A model generated the notes under the pieces. The model was not told the DNA's origin, did no database searches, and saw nothing but the letters and a program-made list of their open reading frames with translations. A program made the position numbers and the translations under genes. DNA of 64,000 nucleotides. It comes from Sulfurirhabdus autotrophica. Its GTDB lineage: Bacteria > Pseudomonadota > Gammaproteobacteria > Burkholderiales > SMCO01. This document shows, in pieces, positions 38,804 to 49,209 of the stretch; the stretch's first letter is position 1; each line of letters opens with the position of its first letter. The DNA lies in NCBI RefSeq assembly GCF_004346685.1, contig NZ_SMCO01000002.1:120940-184939 (forward strand), in the 5' to 3' direction.

Positions 38804-39451
38804 TTGTCAAAGAATATTGCACTAGCATTTCGTGTTATGAAAGCCAAGCCAACAATTATTTCCTTTTCACTTATTCTGTTACTCATATCGAGTCCAGCAT
38901 GGGCTGATATATATAGTTTCACAGCAGCAGATGGTACAGTCCATTTAAGCAATGTTCCGTCAGACGGTCGTTATACGCTGTACATGCGCACCCCATCAGA
39001 AAATCCAACTGTTTCCGTTAACAAACCGGGACGTGTTAACACTGCATCCGCAGAAAATCGTCAGCGTTATAGCCATTTCGTCAAACAGGCTGCGCAGACT
39101 TACAACATTGAACCCGCTTTGCTGGAAGCAGTCATTGCCACTGAGTCGGGTTTTAATTCCAATGCTGTTTCTCCCAAAGGAGCGGTAGGCCTGATGCAGA
39201 TCATGCCTGATACAGCAAAGCGTTATGGTGTTTCCAATCTCTATGACCCTATGCAGAATATTTCAGGGGGCGCACAATATCTCAGCGACCTGATGCAACT
39301 ATTCAACAATGATTTGAAACTGGTACTGGCTGCATATAATGCAGGTGAAAACGCCGTCATCCGGCATGGAAATCGTATTCCGCCATATAATGAAACTATC
39401 AGGTATGTACCTAAGGTCATGGGCGCATATACAAAATATCAGCAGATGTGA
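38804..39451 (+). CDS. Soluble lytic transglycosylase (SLT domain) with a signal peptide.
   Basis: ESGFNSNAVSPKGAVGLMQIMPDTA is the SLT catalytic motif. The real start is possibly the internal Met at 38837 (MKAKPTIISFSLILLL). Confidence 0.8.
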   Translation: MSKNIALAFRVMKAKPTIISFSLILLLISSPAWADIYSFTAADGTVHLSNVPSDGRYTLYMRTPSENPTVSVNKPGRVNTASAENRQRYSHFVKQAAQTYNIEPALLEAVIATESGFNSNAVSPKGAVGLMQIMPDTAKRYGVSNLYDPMQNISGGAQYLSDLMQLFNNDLKLVLAAYNAGENAVIRHGNRIPPYNETIRYVPKVMGAYTKYQQM

Positions 39452-39581
39452 TTCACCCCCTAACCAGATTTCACCAACCTTGCGCTTTTTAACACTCACT
39501 GAGTGATTGTGCGCCCCTTGCTCCGTTTTTCGCAACTTATCCCTAGTTGTGCATTTTCACACACGAATCATTCCGCATCTT

Positions 39582-40982
39582 TTACAAGTGTTTGAAATCA
39601 CGCTTGTCCAGACCGTATTCCTGCATTTTCCTATAGAACGTTTTGTTATCGACTTCGCAGTGTTGTGCACAATGCGCCACATTACCCTTAAATCGACGGA
39701 GACATTCAGACAGATAGGCTTTTTCAAATTCCGCAATGATGCTTTGCCTGCCTTCTTTAAAGGGTAAATTCAACGGCAAGTTGATACCCTGATGAGTGTG
39801 CTCAGGGGGTTGAATTTGAGTAGCAGTCAGTTCCACAGAATTAATCACCTCCCCCACTGTGAGTGCTGATGCACGCTCCATTACATTGGCCAATTCACGT
39901 ACATTGCCCTGCCAGTGATAAGCCAGCATCGCGTTAAGTGCATCGTGGCTGATTCCCGTAAGGTGCCTTCCGGTTTTATCGCAAAAAACTTTAATAAAGT
40001 GCTCTACAAGCAAAGGTACGTCTTCCATGCGTTCACGTAATGGCGGTAATTGCATGCGGACAACATTCAAACGATAATATAAATCAGACCGGAATGTGCC
40101 GTCTGCGACTGCCTGCTCCAAATTTCTGTTGGTTGTTGCAAGTATTCTCACATCAACAGGGATGGTTTCATTTCCACCTACTCGCTGAATCTCTTTTTCC
40201 TGCAATACGCGCAATAATTTCACTTGCATCACATGAGAAATTTCGCCAATTTCATCCAGGAGCAACGTCCCTCCCGTTGCATACTCAAATTTCCCTCTTC
40301 TGGCTTGTATTGCACCGGAAAAGGCACCCCGCTCGTGCCCAAACAGTTCGCTTTCCAGCAGCGTTTCAGTCAGCGCTCCGCAATTAATTCGGACAAAGCG
40401 TTGATCGCGCCTGTTACTGTGAAAATGAATTGCACTGGCAACCAGTTCTTTACCCGTGCCGGTTTCTCCCGTAATGAGAACGGTTGTATCCAGATCAGCC
40501 AGGTTACGTACCATCTCGAAAATTTCCAGCATCTTGGGGCTTTTACTGATAATGCGTTCAAAACGATAAGGGTCTCCTACACGTTCACGCAATGTGCGTA
40601 CTTCTTCAACCAGATCCTGCCGCTCAAGCACCCGTCGTACTACGAGCATCAATTCTTCGGGCGAAAACGGCTTCTGAATATAATCTATAGCCCCTGCTTT
40701 CATTGCATTAACGGCGGAATCTACAGAACCATGCGCTGTTACTATGACCACTGGCAAATCAGGACGCCCTCCATGGATTTGCTGCATCAACTCTACGCCA
40801 GACATGCCAGGCATGAGCTGATCGGTCAACACTAACCGAATACCCCCTTGCTGTACTCGTTGCAATGCAATTGCGCCAGAAGATGCTGTTGCCACACTGT
40901 ATCCATTCGCTTCCAGCACCGATCGAACCAGTTCGCGGTGGGATTCCTGATCATCCACCACCAATATCATCAAATCACTCAT
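39582..40982 (-). CDS. Sigma-54-dependent response regulator (NtrC family).
   Basis: Receiver domain ([14 protein letters not shown]), AAA+ core ([21 protein letters not shown]) and a C-terminal helix-turn-helix. Confidence 0.85.
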   Translation of the reverse strand: MSDLMILVVDDQESHRELVRSVLEANGYSVATASSGAIALQRVQQGGIRLVLTDQLMPGMSGVELMQQIHGGRPDLPVVIVTAHGSVDSAVNAMKAGAIDYIQKPFSPEELMLVVRRVLERQDLVEEVRTLRERVGDPYRFERIISKSPKMLEIFEMVRNLADLDTTVLITGETGTGKELVASAIHFHSNRRDQRFVRINCGALTETLLESELFGHERGAFSGAIQARRGKFEYATGGTLLLDEIGEISHVMQVKLLRVLQEKEIQRVGGNETIPVDVRILATTNRNLEQAVADGTFRSDLYYRLNVVRMQLPPLRERMEDVPLLVEHFIKVFCDKTGRHLTGISHDALNAMLAYHWQGNVRELANVMERASALTVGEVINSVELTATQIQPPEHTHQGINLPLNLPFKEGRQSIIAEFEKAYLSECLRRFKGNVAHCAQHCEVDNKTFYRKMQEYGLDKRDFKHL

Positions 40983-42870
40983 TTCGGTTTTTTCTCCGGC
41001 TTATCGGCAGAATAAAGATAACTGAAGTACCCACACCAACCTGGCTTTTTAACTGAACTTCTCCACCATGTGCTTCCACAATTCGCGATGCCATTGCCAT
41101 TCCCAGACCGGTACCTTTTTGCTTGGTTGTAAAAAACGGACGCAGAACACTTTGAATATCTTCTGAGGCAATGCCTTCACCCGTATCCTGAATTTCAACT
41201 GTTATGAAACCTTCTTTCGGTCCTACTGCTGTACTCACACTAAGTTTTCCGCCATTTACCATGGCTTCAACCGCATTTTTCAACACATTATTAAGTGCTT
41301 GTTCGAGCTTGAATACATCTGCGTAAACCTGGGGTAAATCCGGTGCAAAATTATGTTCGACGGTGATTTTTTCTGATATTTCTTTGTAAATGGGTTCTAA
41401 CAAACTGGCTAGGCTAGCGTTGAGGTTGAGCGGTGCAAAATGCAGTTTCAAGGTTCGGCTGTAATCCAGCAGGTCCGTTACCATTCTGTCCATTTCATTA
41501 ATTGCAACTAACATATCCTGATGTGCTTTATACACACCCCCTTCAATAGTCTGAGGGTGCAAAATCGCCGCATTCATTAAAATACGACCAAGATAATTGC
41601 GAATCTGATGGGTTATCCACGAAGCTACCTGACCGATGGATGCCATTTTTTCAGATTGAATCAGTTCATTTCTCAAAGCTTTAGACAGCGTCACATCACG
41701 CCCAATACATATTGCGCCAATCAACATGCCGGCATTGTCACGCAAAGGAGAAAGGGTCACTTCAACATCAATAATCTTACCATTTTTGCAGGTCAGGCGA
41801 GTTTCGGCATTTTGTACTGGCTGTCCTTGATATACCACGCCATAGAGCCTGTCCAGCTCAGCACAATCCTGATAAATCATGGATGAAGGTTTGCCTATCA
41901 CCTCTGCCCTGGAAAATCCCAAAGTGCGTTCTGATGCGGTATTAAACTCCACCATACGGCCATCAAGTCCCGTGGTCGCCATCATGTCAGCAGAGTTATC
42001 CAGGATATTTGCCAGATAATCCCGCGTTTCTTTAAACTTGCAACGCTGTTCCTCAATTTTATTTAATTGCGACTGCAACTCATCCGCCATATGGTTAAAA
42101 CTTTGAGCAAGTAAACCTATTTCATCCTTATGCAGAATGGGCGCTCTTGCATTCAGATCACCGCCCTGTAAACGTGACATCCAGGACATCAGTGATTGAA
42201 TTGGCGATACTACAGTACGACGAAAAATCCCTTCAATCAGTAACAACAATACAACCAGCGAAATAACAATTAAACTTGCCGTAATGACGGCAATACGCTG
42301 TATTTCGATTTCCAGATTTCTGGAAAGCTCTTGAGCGCGGTGCGTAATACGAGTACGAGAAAGTGCAATTTCAACCACACCCAAATTAACACCTTCATAT
42401 TCTATTGGACGTCGCACCACTAATAACCCTGGATCATTACGCGCTTTAGTAAGCACGCTTAAAAAATCACTCTGCTTGATTGATTTACCAAATTGCTGGA
42501 AATAAGGTTCTTTCAATTTTAGAAAATGCGTCAAGGGTACGCCAGCAGGATTAAATATCACCACATATAAAATATCTGAATCTGACGACAATTCTTCAAC
42601 ATAACCCTCAAGCAATAAGTAATCGTATGAAAGGATACCCTGAGGCGCTATTCTCGCTAAAAATCCGGAAGAAGCATTTCCCTTATCAAAAAGAAATTGC
42701 GTCAGGGCTTGCGTATCTTGAGCCAGCCGTTTTTCCATACTCTGGCGTTGATTGATAAACAAAGCTACGCCAAGCATGGTCATGAACGTTGCGACAAATA
42801 ATGCTTGCGTCAAAAAAAAACGCGTTTGAATACCACGTGGGCGAGCCAGCCACTGCTTAATTTCCAGCAT
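40975..42870 (-). CDS. Sensor histidine kinase (HAMP-PAS-HisKA-HATPase).
   Basis: Transmembrane segments, HAMP domain, PAS domain, an H-box region, and N/G boxes (GTGLGMAMASRIVEAHGG). Confidence 0.85.
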   Translation of the reverse strand: MLEIKQWLARPRGIQTRFFLTQALFVATFMTMLGVALFINQRQSMEKRLAQDTQALTQFLFDKGNASSGFLARIAPQGILSYDYLLLEGYVEELSSDSDILYVVIFNPAGVPLTHFLKLKEPYFQQFGKSIKQSDFLSVLTKARNDPGLLVVRRPIEYEGVNLGVVEIALSRTRITHRAQELSRNLEIEIQRIAVITASLIVISLVVLLLLIEGIFRRTVVSPIQSLMSWMSRLQGGDLNARAPILHKDEIGLLAQSFNHMADELQSQLNKIEEQRCKFKETRDYLANILDNSADMMATTGLDGRMVEFNTASERTLGFSRAEVIGKPSSMIYQDCAELDRLYGVVYQGQPVQNAETRLTCKNGKIIDVEVTLSPLRDNAGMLIGAICIGRDVTLSKALRNELIQSEKMASIGQVASWITHQIRNYLGRILMNAAILHPQTIEGGVYKAHQDMLVAINEMDRMVTDLLDYSRTLKLHFAPLNLNASLASLLEPIYKEISEKITVEHNFAPDLPQVYADVFKLEQALNNVLKNAVEAMVNGGKLSVSTAVGPKEGFITVEIQDTGEGIASEDIQSVLRPFFTTKQKGTGLGMAMASRIVEAHGGEVQLKSQVGVGTSVIFILPISRRKNRNE

Positions 42871-43759
42871 CTGCGGTTTCCAGCAAACTTTTTAACATTG
42901 CGTATTCTGCGTCGTTGGCCACTTCAAATCTGTCTGCATTCAACTTTTTTAGAATGGAAACGCCTTCCATATGCCGATGCAATTGAAGCAACACTTTCAT
43001 GATGTTATTGACTAGCTGTGGGTCCATATCTCGGCGGACTGCCAGTGGCAATTGTGGTATGGGTTTACTTTCGATCAACACCCGTAATTGTGTTTTGTCT
43101 ACTCGCTGAACAATTTCCGGATGAGAAAACACAGACGATCCCACACCAGCAGCTTGAGCTTCGCTGTTGTAAACCGCAAATAGCGCGTTAGGCGGGTTTT
43201 TGGTAAAGATCATGCGATATTGATCCTGCGGTAATCCTGCTGCTTGAAGGACACTTTTAGCCAAAACATAGCTGACCATGGCATTCCGATCACCAAATGC
43301 GATGGTTTTACCACGTAAATCGGCTATATTTTTTATTCCTCCATCATTTCTGACAACGATTGCCGCAGAGATGGTACATTCAGGGCTTTCACAAAGTTTG
43401 GCTATGGCAATGTACCCGGCAGCTTGATGTGCTTGTACATATTGCAGTTGATTCAAGTAAACAATATCAAATTCACCAGCACGAACGCGCGCCATAAATG
43501 AATTAAAATCCTTGTCAGTTTCAACACGCACTTCACGACCCAATGACTGGCTAAGAACATGGGCAAGTGGCGAAAAATTCCGCACCATGATTTGTGCATT
43601 CCAGCGTGGAAAAACACCAAATGTCAGAGGGGGTTTATTCGGATCTGAAACAGCCAATACTTGAAAAGGGAATGCTATTGCAATGAAAAATACAACAAAA
43701 ATGGCGAGTTTCCACCATTTAAAAGCATGATAAAATTTCGACTCGTCCATATTTTGCAT
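42857..43759 (-). CDS. Periplasmic PhnD/SsuA-like substrate-binding protein, candidate sensing partner of the kinase.
   Basis: Signal/transmembrane segment followed by a phosphonate-binding-like fold. It overlaps the kinase start. The start is taken at the internal Met at 43759 (MQNMDESK). Confidence 0.65.
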   Translation of the reverse strand: MQNMDESKFYHAFKWWKLAIFVVFFIAIAFPFQVLAVSDPNKPPLTFGVFPRWNAQIMVRNFSPLAHVLSQSLGREVRVETDKDFNSFMARVRAGEFDIVYLNQLQYVQAHQAAGYIAIAKLCESPECTISAAIVVRNDGGIKNIADLRGKTIAFGDRNAMVSYVLAKSVLQAAGLPQDQYRMIFTKNPPNALFAVYNSEAQAAGVGSSVFSHPEIVQRVDKTQLRVLIESKPIPQLPLAVRRDMDPQLVNNIMKVLLQLHRHMEGVSILKKLNADRFEVANDAEYAMLKSLLETADAGN

Positions 43760-44134
43760 GGGAACAAAAACATCCCCGCACAAGCATGCACTGTCCTGCC
43801 ATTGGCATTTCGAAATGCAATACATTTGTTTCCGTTCAATATGAGTGTGATGATGTCCAATCCCCGGTACGGCTTAATGATGTTTTTTATTTATAATCCG
43901 GTAGATGGCTATTTTTTATATATACAAAATAGTACTCCGCAGCCGAAACTTAGGCAAGCGTCATGTAATAACTCATTCAAACGAAATCAAAAATTACCTT
44001 TTAAATTGACTGCTAACTTATTAAAAACAAAAAACCCCTTTTTTATCTGATTCAATTTTTCTTCGCAACATATTGATGTCATATACCAATACATACTTTT
44101 CTGATGTACTGCTGAATGATTTTCACAAGGTTTA

Positions 44135-45436
44135 TTAAGGCACCTCATGATCAATCATGATTCTTAACGATTCCGAACCGACTTTAACAGGCTTGCTATA
44201 TCCTTCCAGATCCCCGCTTTGCGGTGCCGCAGATCCGGATTTTGATAAGCGAGCGACTACCTGCACTTGCTCAAAACTGGAAAGCTTCATTTTGGACGTC
44301 ATCGCCATATCATCTGTTAATTGAAATTTCAAGGGAAGTGCTCCCCCTGTTTTACTAAGAATAGCCAAAGGCATTCTTGAACCGTTGGCAGCGCGGGCAA
44401 ACACAAATAACTTGGCATCCGTAACTAACTTAGCCTTCAACGCTGGCGCAATCTCCACTACGCCGCTCACTTTCCCCACCACGCCTGCTTGCTGAGTTGA
44501 TACGTTGGATGGTTGATCCGGGACCAGCCCCTTCATTTCCGATTGCAGTTGCATTGCTGCTGCCTTGTCACCTGTTCGCGCTTTCGCATCCAGAATACTT
44601 AGCGTTATTTCTTTGTTGGATTCTTTACCCGGTGGTAGCAATGCGTACAGCTTTTCCCAATATTTAACAGCATTTTTATAATCACGCCGGTTGTACGATG
44701 CTGTGCCTGCAAGGTACAGCGCTTTTTCATTTTCGGGGTGAATTTTCAAAGCTTGTTGCACCAGTGCTTCTGGTTTTCCTTCCAGACTGCGGCCTTGAGC
44801 CATTGCCAACGCATCCGCATAATCTGCCAATAATGTTGCATCGTTATTAACCAGTTTTGTGGCACGTTCAAAAGCCTTCACTGCTTCGGGATATTGCTTG
44901 AGCATCACATAAGAACGACTTAGCATTACCCAGCTCTCGGTATCATCCGGCACTCGGTTTAACCTGTCTTTCAGGCGTTCAACAAAACCAATGACCGAAG
45001 CTTGCATCTGATCTGCTGCCGGGCGTTCTGTTTGTTCAGCAGCCATAACGGGGGCTTGCACTGTTCTTTGCTTATCTATTGACTGTGGAGATCCAAGCTT
45101 CACATAAAGCGCAATTGCTATCCCGGGTAACAGCAACAAGAACGTAATGGCTACAGCATAATTAAAATGCGATTTCGCAACTATTGATTTTTGCGATACC
45201 GAAACATCTTCCATCATGCGCTGCTCAAGTTCACTTTTTGCTTCGTCATAATGCTCCATACTGAGTGTCCTATTGGCTAAATCGTGCTCTAGCTCATTCA
45301 TTTGTTCCCGATAAAGCGACACGTTCAACTGCTTCTGCTCAACGCCGCTTAACGGTTTTTTAGATAACAAGGGTGGTATTAGAAATGCAAGAACAGACAC
45401 CATCATCAACCCGGATATTATCCAAAAAATCACCAT
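44135..45436 (-). CDS. TPR-repeat membrane protein, CcmI/CycH-like cytochrome c biogenesis factor.
   Basis: N-terminal transmembrane helix, coiled-coil, a second transmembrane helix, then TPR repeats (AYEKALYLAGTASYNRRDYKNAVKYWEK). Confidence 0.5.
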   Translation of the reverse strand: MVIFWIISGLMMVSVLAFLIPPLLSKKPLSGVEQKQLNVSLYREQMNELEHDLANRTLSMEHYDEAKSELEQRMMEDVSVSQKSIVAKSHFNYAVAITFLLLLPGIAIALYVKLGSPQSIDKQRTVQAPVMAAEQTERPAADQMQASVIGFVERLKDRLNRVPDDTESWVMLSRSYVMLKQYPEAVKAFERATKLVNNDATLLADYADALAMAQGRSLEGKPEALVQQALKIHPENEKALYLAGTASYNRRDYKNAVKYWEKLYALLPPGKESNKEITLSILDAKARTGDKAAAMQLQSEMKGLVPDQPSNVSTQQAGVVGKVSGVVEIAPALKAKLVTDAKLFVFARAANGSRMPLAILSKTGGALPLKFQLTDDMAMTSKMKLSSFEQVQVVARLSKSGSAAPQSGDLEGYSKPVKVGSESLRIMIDHEVP

Positions 45437-45676
45437 AATTGCATTCCGGATACAATATAAAAAAACGAACTCTCAACAAGTGTGCTTTCTTAATGCCAAG
45501 TGCAATTAGTACCGGGAAAATCCCAAATAAACACGCACTAATTTCAAATTAAAAAACATCTGCTACCTCCCTTATTTCGGATGTTCTCCCGAACAATACG
45601 AATATAAGGAAGCGAGCAAATTACATGTTTTTAAACAATATCATCCAATACTATAATTTTAATTTTGCGATGAGTA

Positions 45677-46783
45677 TTATGGGCAAAGTGCCGCCTTGTA
45701 ACTGGTAATAATACTCTTCTGCAAAGCAATCATATCCGCCCACGGTCCATACTTATGCTTGTCTGGTGAGTACACGGCAGGGGAGTTAAGGTCTGGTGGT
45801 GCGCAATAGTTAGTTGCATAGTTAGCTCTTGGATAATAATTCGGATAGCCTGCATCAACCGATTTATTCATCCAGTCAGGCACACCATCGGGTCCTTTTA
45901 AATTACCCCAGTCAACCAATCTATTTTTCCATAATGGCCTTGGCTGGGATATCACATAGGCCATCACATCCCAAGAGTCTTCCTGACTGAGCAATGATGT
46001 GGTATCGGGTGGCACAGCAGTCGCCATTGAAGCATCGGCATGACCAAAAGGCATGTTGCCATAAATGAAACCTACTGCAGTCCGCAACCGGTAAATTCCG
46101 GCTCCATCATTAAAGCTGTTTGGACCAAATATTGCTGGATAAACATGTCGGTTGGCATCTGCATCCCAAACACCCTCTCCATCAGCCTGGTGGCAAGCTT
46201 CACATTTATTTTTATAAATAGCCGCCCCACGAACCGGGTCGGCAGCACGTGTCATATCTGGTACTGACAGCGTACCTGTTCCTTTAACGTCTTGGTACTT
46301 GGCCACCTTCATGCCAGTCGCCAGCCAAGCCCAGTAAGCTTTAATCGATTGCATTTCATAACTGGTTTCGGGTAATGGCACGCCATTCATGGACCGTTGC
46401 ATGCAATCGTTAACACGGACTTCCTGTGTTCGATAATCATGGCTGCGCGATGAATAAGGTCCCGGGTTTGCATATTTAAGCGCCACCACCGACCAGGGAA
46501 TGGCCAATGCAGAAGTGCCCGCCTCTAAATGGCAGCTGGAGCAAGACAGTCGGTTACCCGAGATCGGCGGCATGTAATTACTGCCACCGCCTAACTGGTT
46601 ATAGGTATCAGTAAGAACCAGCCTCCCTTTGCGGATCATGTCTCCAGTGGGATCACCGACTGGAGGAATGGTAGATTCAGCCGGTTTAACCCATGTACCC
46701 TGAAATCCATCTGCACCTGCAGCAAATGCAGTACCCGTGTTAAGTAGCAGTAATATTATTGATATCGACAAATTTTTCATCAT
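45677..46783 (-). CDS. Dihaem c-type cytochrome, secreted.
   Basis: Two CXXCH motifs (CSSCH, CEACH). Signal peptide after the internal Met start (MMKNLSISIILLLL). Confidence 0.75.
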   Translation of the reverse strand: MMKNLSISIILLLLNTGTAFAAGADGFQGTWVKPAESTIPPVGDPTGDMIRKGRLVLTDTYNQLGGGSNYMPPISGNRLSCSSCHLEAGTSALAIPWSVVALKYANPGPYSSRSHDYRTQEVRVNDCMQRSMNGVPLPETSYEMQSIKAYWAWLATGMKVAKYQDVKGTGTLSVPDMTRAADPVRGAAIYKNKCEACHQADGEGVWDADANRHVYPAIFGPNSFNDGAGIYRLRTAVGFIYGNMPFGHADASMATAVPPDTTSLLSQEDSWDVMAYVISQPRPLWKNRLVDWGNLKGPDGVPDWMNKSVDAGYPNYYPRANYATNYCAPPDLNSPAVYSPDKHKYGPWADMIALQKSIITSYKAALCP

Positions 46784-46865
46784 GACTAAATTCCTCTGTG
46801 TCAATGTGGTCCATTCAGTATTCAAAAGCTGGCAAATATAAACTTTGCCAGCCAATACCTTTGAT

Positions 46866-48800
46866 CTACCTTAAGGATGAATTCCATGTGGTAGAGGTCA
46901 TTACATAGGGTTCTGCCATACCTGTATTTAACCAGGCATCCAGCATATTCTTGCCTTCATCACGCAGGAATGAGCTGGTGCGATCATTTGCAAGATGCAG
47001 GAACTGAATATACTCCCAGCTGGTAGGCTGATACATGAGGCTGATCACAGCAGTAGCAGCGCCATTTGGGGGGCTCAGCGGAACTGTGTCCATGTATATA
47101 TATGTCCCGCCCGGGCCAGGGTTATTGAACTGAGTTGCTGGTACAGGCAAGGCGTTACGTTTCTTCGCCTCGTCATACTTGAAGCCGTAAGGCGGAATGC
47201 GATTATCTTTCACCACGGTATTATTCAAGATAAAATGGAATGTTTCATGGGTACTACCTGCTTTCATTTTAGCCAGATCTCCCAATGTAAAATCCACTGC
47301 CCCAGTCACACGATCAAAACTAAGCGGCCTGGTTGCAGGCTGACCAAGCAACAACAACTGTTTGGCCCATTCCTGAGTCATGGCACCATTTGCCTCATAG
47401 ATGCGGGTATTGGTACCTTTTAAATCCAGCAATGTTCGGATAGTCTTTGTTTGACCATCAATGGTTACCTGCATATCGCCATACTTACCGTCTTCACGGA
47501 TCAATACACCCGATGAGTTATACCATTTGAAATTCAGCCACATTCTGCGACCTTCCGGATAGCCGGAGATCAGCTTGTGCCCGGTCAGGTTTGTCACAAC
47601 CAGAGTTGACTTCGCAGCTTTCATGGCAGCAGCAGAGTTGAGCGTAGCTTTCGCACGCGTAATCCCTTCATTCATCGAAGTTATTTGCTCGGGTGTCAAA
47701 CCACTGCCCAAACGTAATTTGCTGGGCACTTGCGAATCCAGCCACTGAATAGCCTGAGGCATCCAGTAATTGCCCCCGGTTAAATCATGCAACGGCAAGT
47801 CATAGCGCGTTTTAGGTTCATTATGAACAGTTGTGCTCGCTTGACCTACAGTAGGTGGAAGGTGGCAGGTCTGACAGGTAAAGGTACGAACTGTACCGTC
47901 TTCGTAATTACCTCCTTTACCTGCAAACTGCGCTTGATCGTAAACTTTTTTCACTACACCCTGACGTAAATTCAGCGGTAATTTGCCATAGTCCGTCACC
48001 TTGTATGTGGGCCAGGCACTTGCCTTGTATTCACTGTAGGTGCGTTCTACAACGCCATATTTATAGGGTGGATTATTGAATGCTGCCTTGGTTTCAACCT
48101 TGGAACCCAATATGCCACTGTAAGTCCCGGCAGCGAGTGGAACCTGCGCGCCATTGTTGTGAGCCAGATCACCTGTCACTGGATTGGATACATCGTGACA
48201 AGTTCCACAAAAGTCTGGTGAGCGATGGAATTTTGATTGCAATGAAGGATGTTTGGTAACGGCATCGGCGTAAGGACCCAATTTGCTCACCTTAGGCCAC
48301 ATCACATACTGCCCGGAGCCATAATGACCTTCCGTGCCAGTTTTCGCAATGAAAGGAGAATTTTGCACACCCTGATATTCAGATTTATCCGGATTTGTCA
48401 TTCGGTGACAGGTATCACATTCAATACCATTTTTATCCCGCTCCAGCATAGCTGATCCATCTGTGGGTACTGAACGCCCGGCTGTCCAGCCTCCGGATGT
48501 ATGGCATCGGAGACAGACATCGCCAGAACCATTAAAATCCTGCTCAGCGACAGCCATGGTCGCCCAGAACACCGGATCGCGAGCAGCATGAGACATCATG
48601 CTGCCTTGCCAATTATGCTGAGGCTCAACGGCCTTGTTATAATTGCCATGACAAAAACTGCACTGTTCAGCCTTATCAAATTCACCAATTTCATGGGGCT
48701 GAGTTCCCGGCATTTGCGCTTCATTAGGAACAACCGATGCCGCATGTGTTGTACCCGCCATGATGAAAAGCAAAAATAAAACTGCCGATAGCATTTTCAT
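46866..48800 (-). CDS. Pentahaem c-type cytochrome, secreted, about 640 aa mature.
   Basis: Five CXXCH motifs (CSFCH, CLRCH, CDTCH, CGTCH, CQTCH), widely spaced. Signal peptide from the internal Met (MKMLSAVLFLLFIMAGTTHA). Confidence 0.8.
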   Translation of the reverse strand: MKMLSAVLFLLFIMAGTTHAASVVPNEAQMPGTQPHEIGEFDKAEQCSFCHGNYNKAVEPQHNWQGSMMSHAARDPVFWATMAVAEQDFNGSGDVCLRCHTSGGWTAGRSVPTDGSAMLERDKNGIECDTCHRMTNPDKSEYQGVQNSPFIAKTGTEGHYGSGQYVMWPKVSKLGPYADAVTKHPSLQSKFHRSPDFCGTCHDVSNPVTGDLAHNNGAQVPLAAGTYSGILGSKVETKAAFNNPPYKYGVVERTYSEYKASAWPTYKVTDYGKLPLNLRQGVVKKVYDQAQFAGKGGNYEDGTVRTFTCQTCHLPPTVGQASTTVHNEPKTRYDLPLHDLTGGNYWMPQAIQWLDSQVPSKLRLGSGLTPEQITSMNEGITRAKATLNSAAAMKAAKSTLVVTNLTGHKLISGYPEGRRMWLNFKWYNSSGVLIREDGKYGDMQVTIDGQTKTIRTLLDLKGTNTRIYEANGAMTQEWAKQLLLLGQPATRPLSFDRVTGAVDFTLGDLAKMKAGSTHETFHFILNNTVVKDNRIPPYGFKYDEAKKRNALPVPATQFNNPGPGGTYIYMDTVPLSPPNGAATAVISLMYQPTSWEYIQFLHLANDRTSSFLRDEGKNMLDAWLNTGMAEPYVMTSTTWNSSLR

Positions 48801-49140
48801 TTCTTCAATCTCCTCTATCCTTCCAGCTAAAATTTTCCTGTTGCTTATTTTCAAGTGTTTATTACTTTGAATAATGCATGCAGGCTGACAAATACAATTT
48901 TTCAAACACACAACAAAACGAAGTCAAACTGAGTAAGTATTCAACATGACCCACAAACCATCGAAAACTGCCTGAACATTTTTCGATTTACATTTTTTAC
49001 CGGGATATTTCATAAATTGAAGAACTCGTCGCCAATTTATGAAATATCCAACTTGATACATTTGAAAACTTAAAAAAATAGCGTTACCGATATCTATTAA
49101 CTGATAAGTTGCCGTACTTTCTCGCACTTGCAAGTTGCAC

Positions 49141-49178
49141 GGTAAAAAACCTGCTCCCACTCAAATGAATGGGAGCAG
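49141..49178 (-). terminator. Rho-independent terminator after the metallophosphoesterase gene.
   Basis: 9-bp stem CTGCTCCCA/TGGGAGCAG with a 10-nt loop, followed on the minus strand by a TTTTTT run. Confidence 0.7.
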
Positions 49179-49209
49179 TCAAGCTCACTTCCTTATACCA
49201 GGCGTTTAA

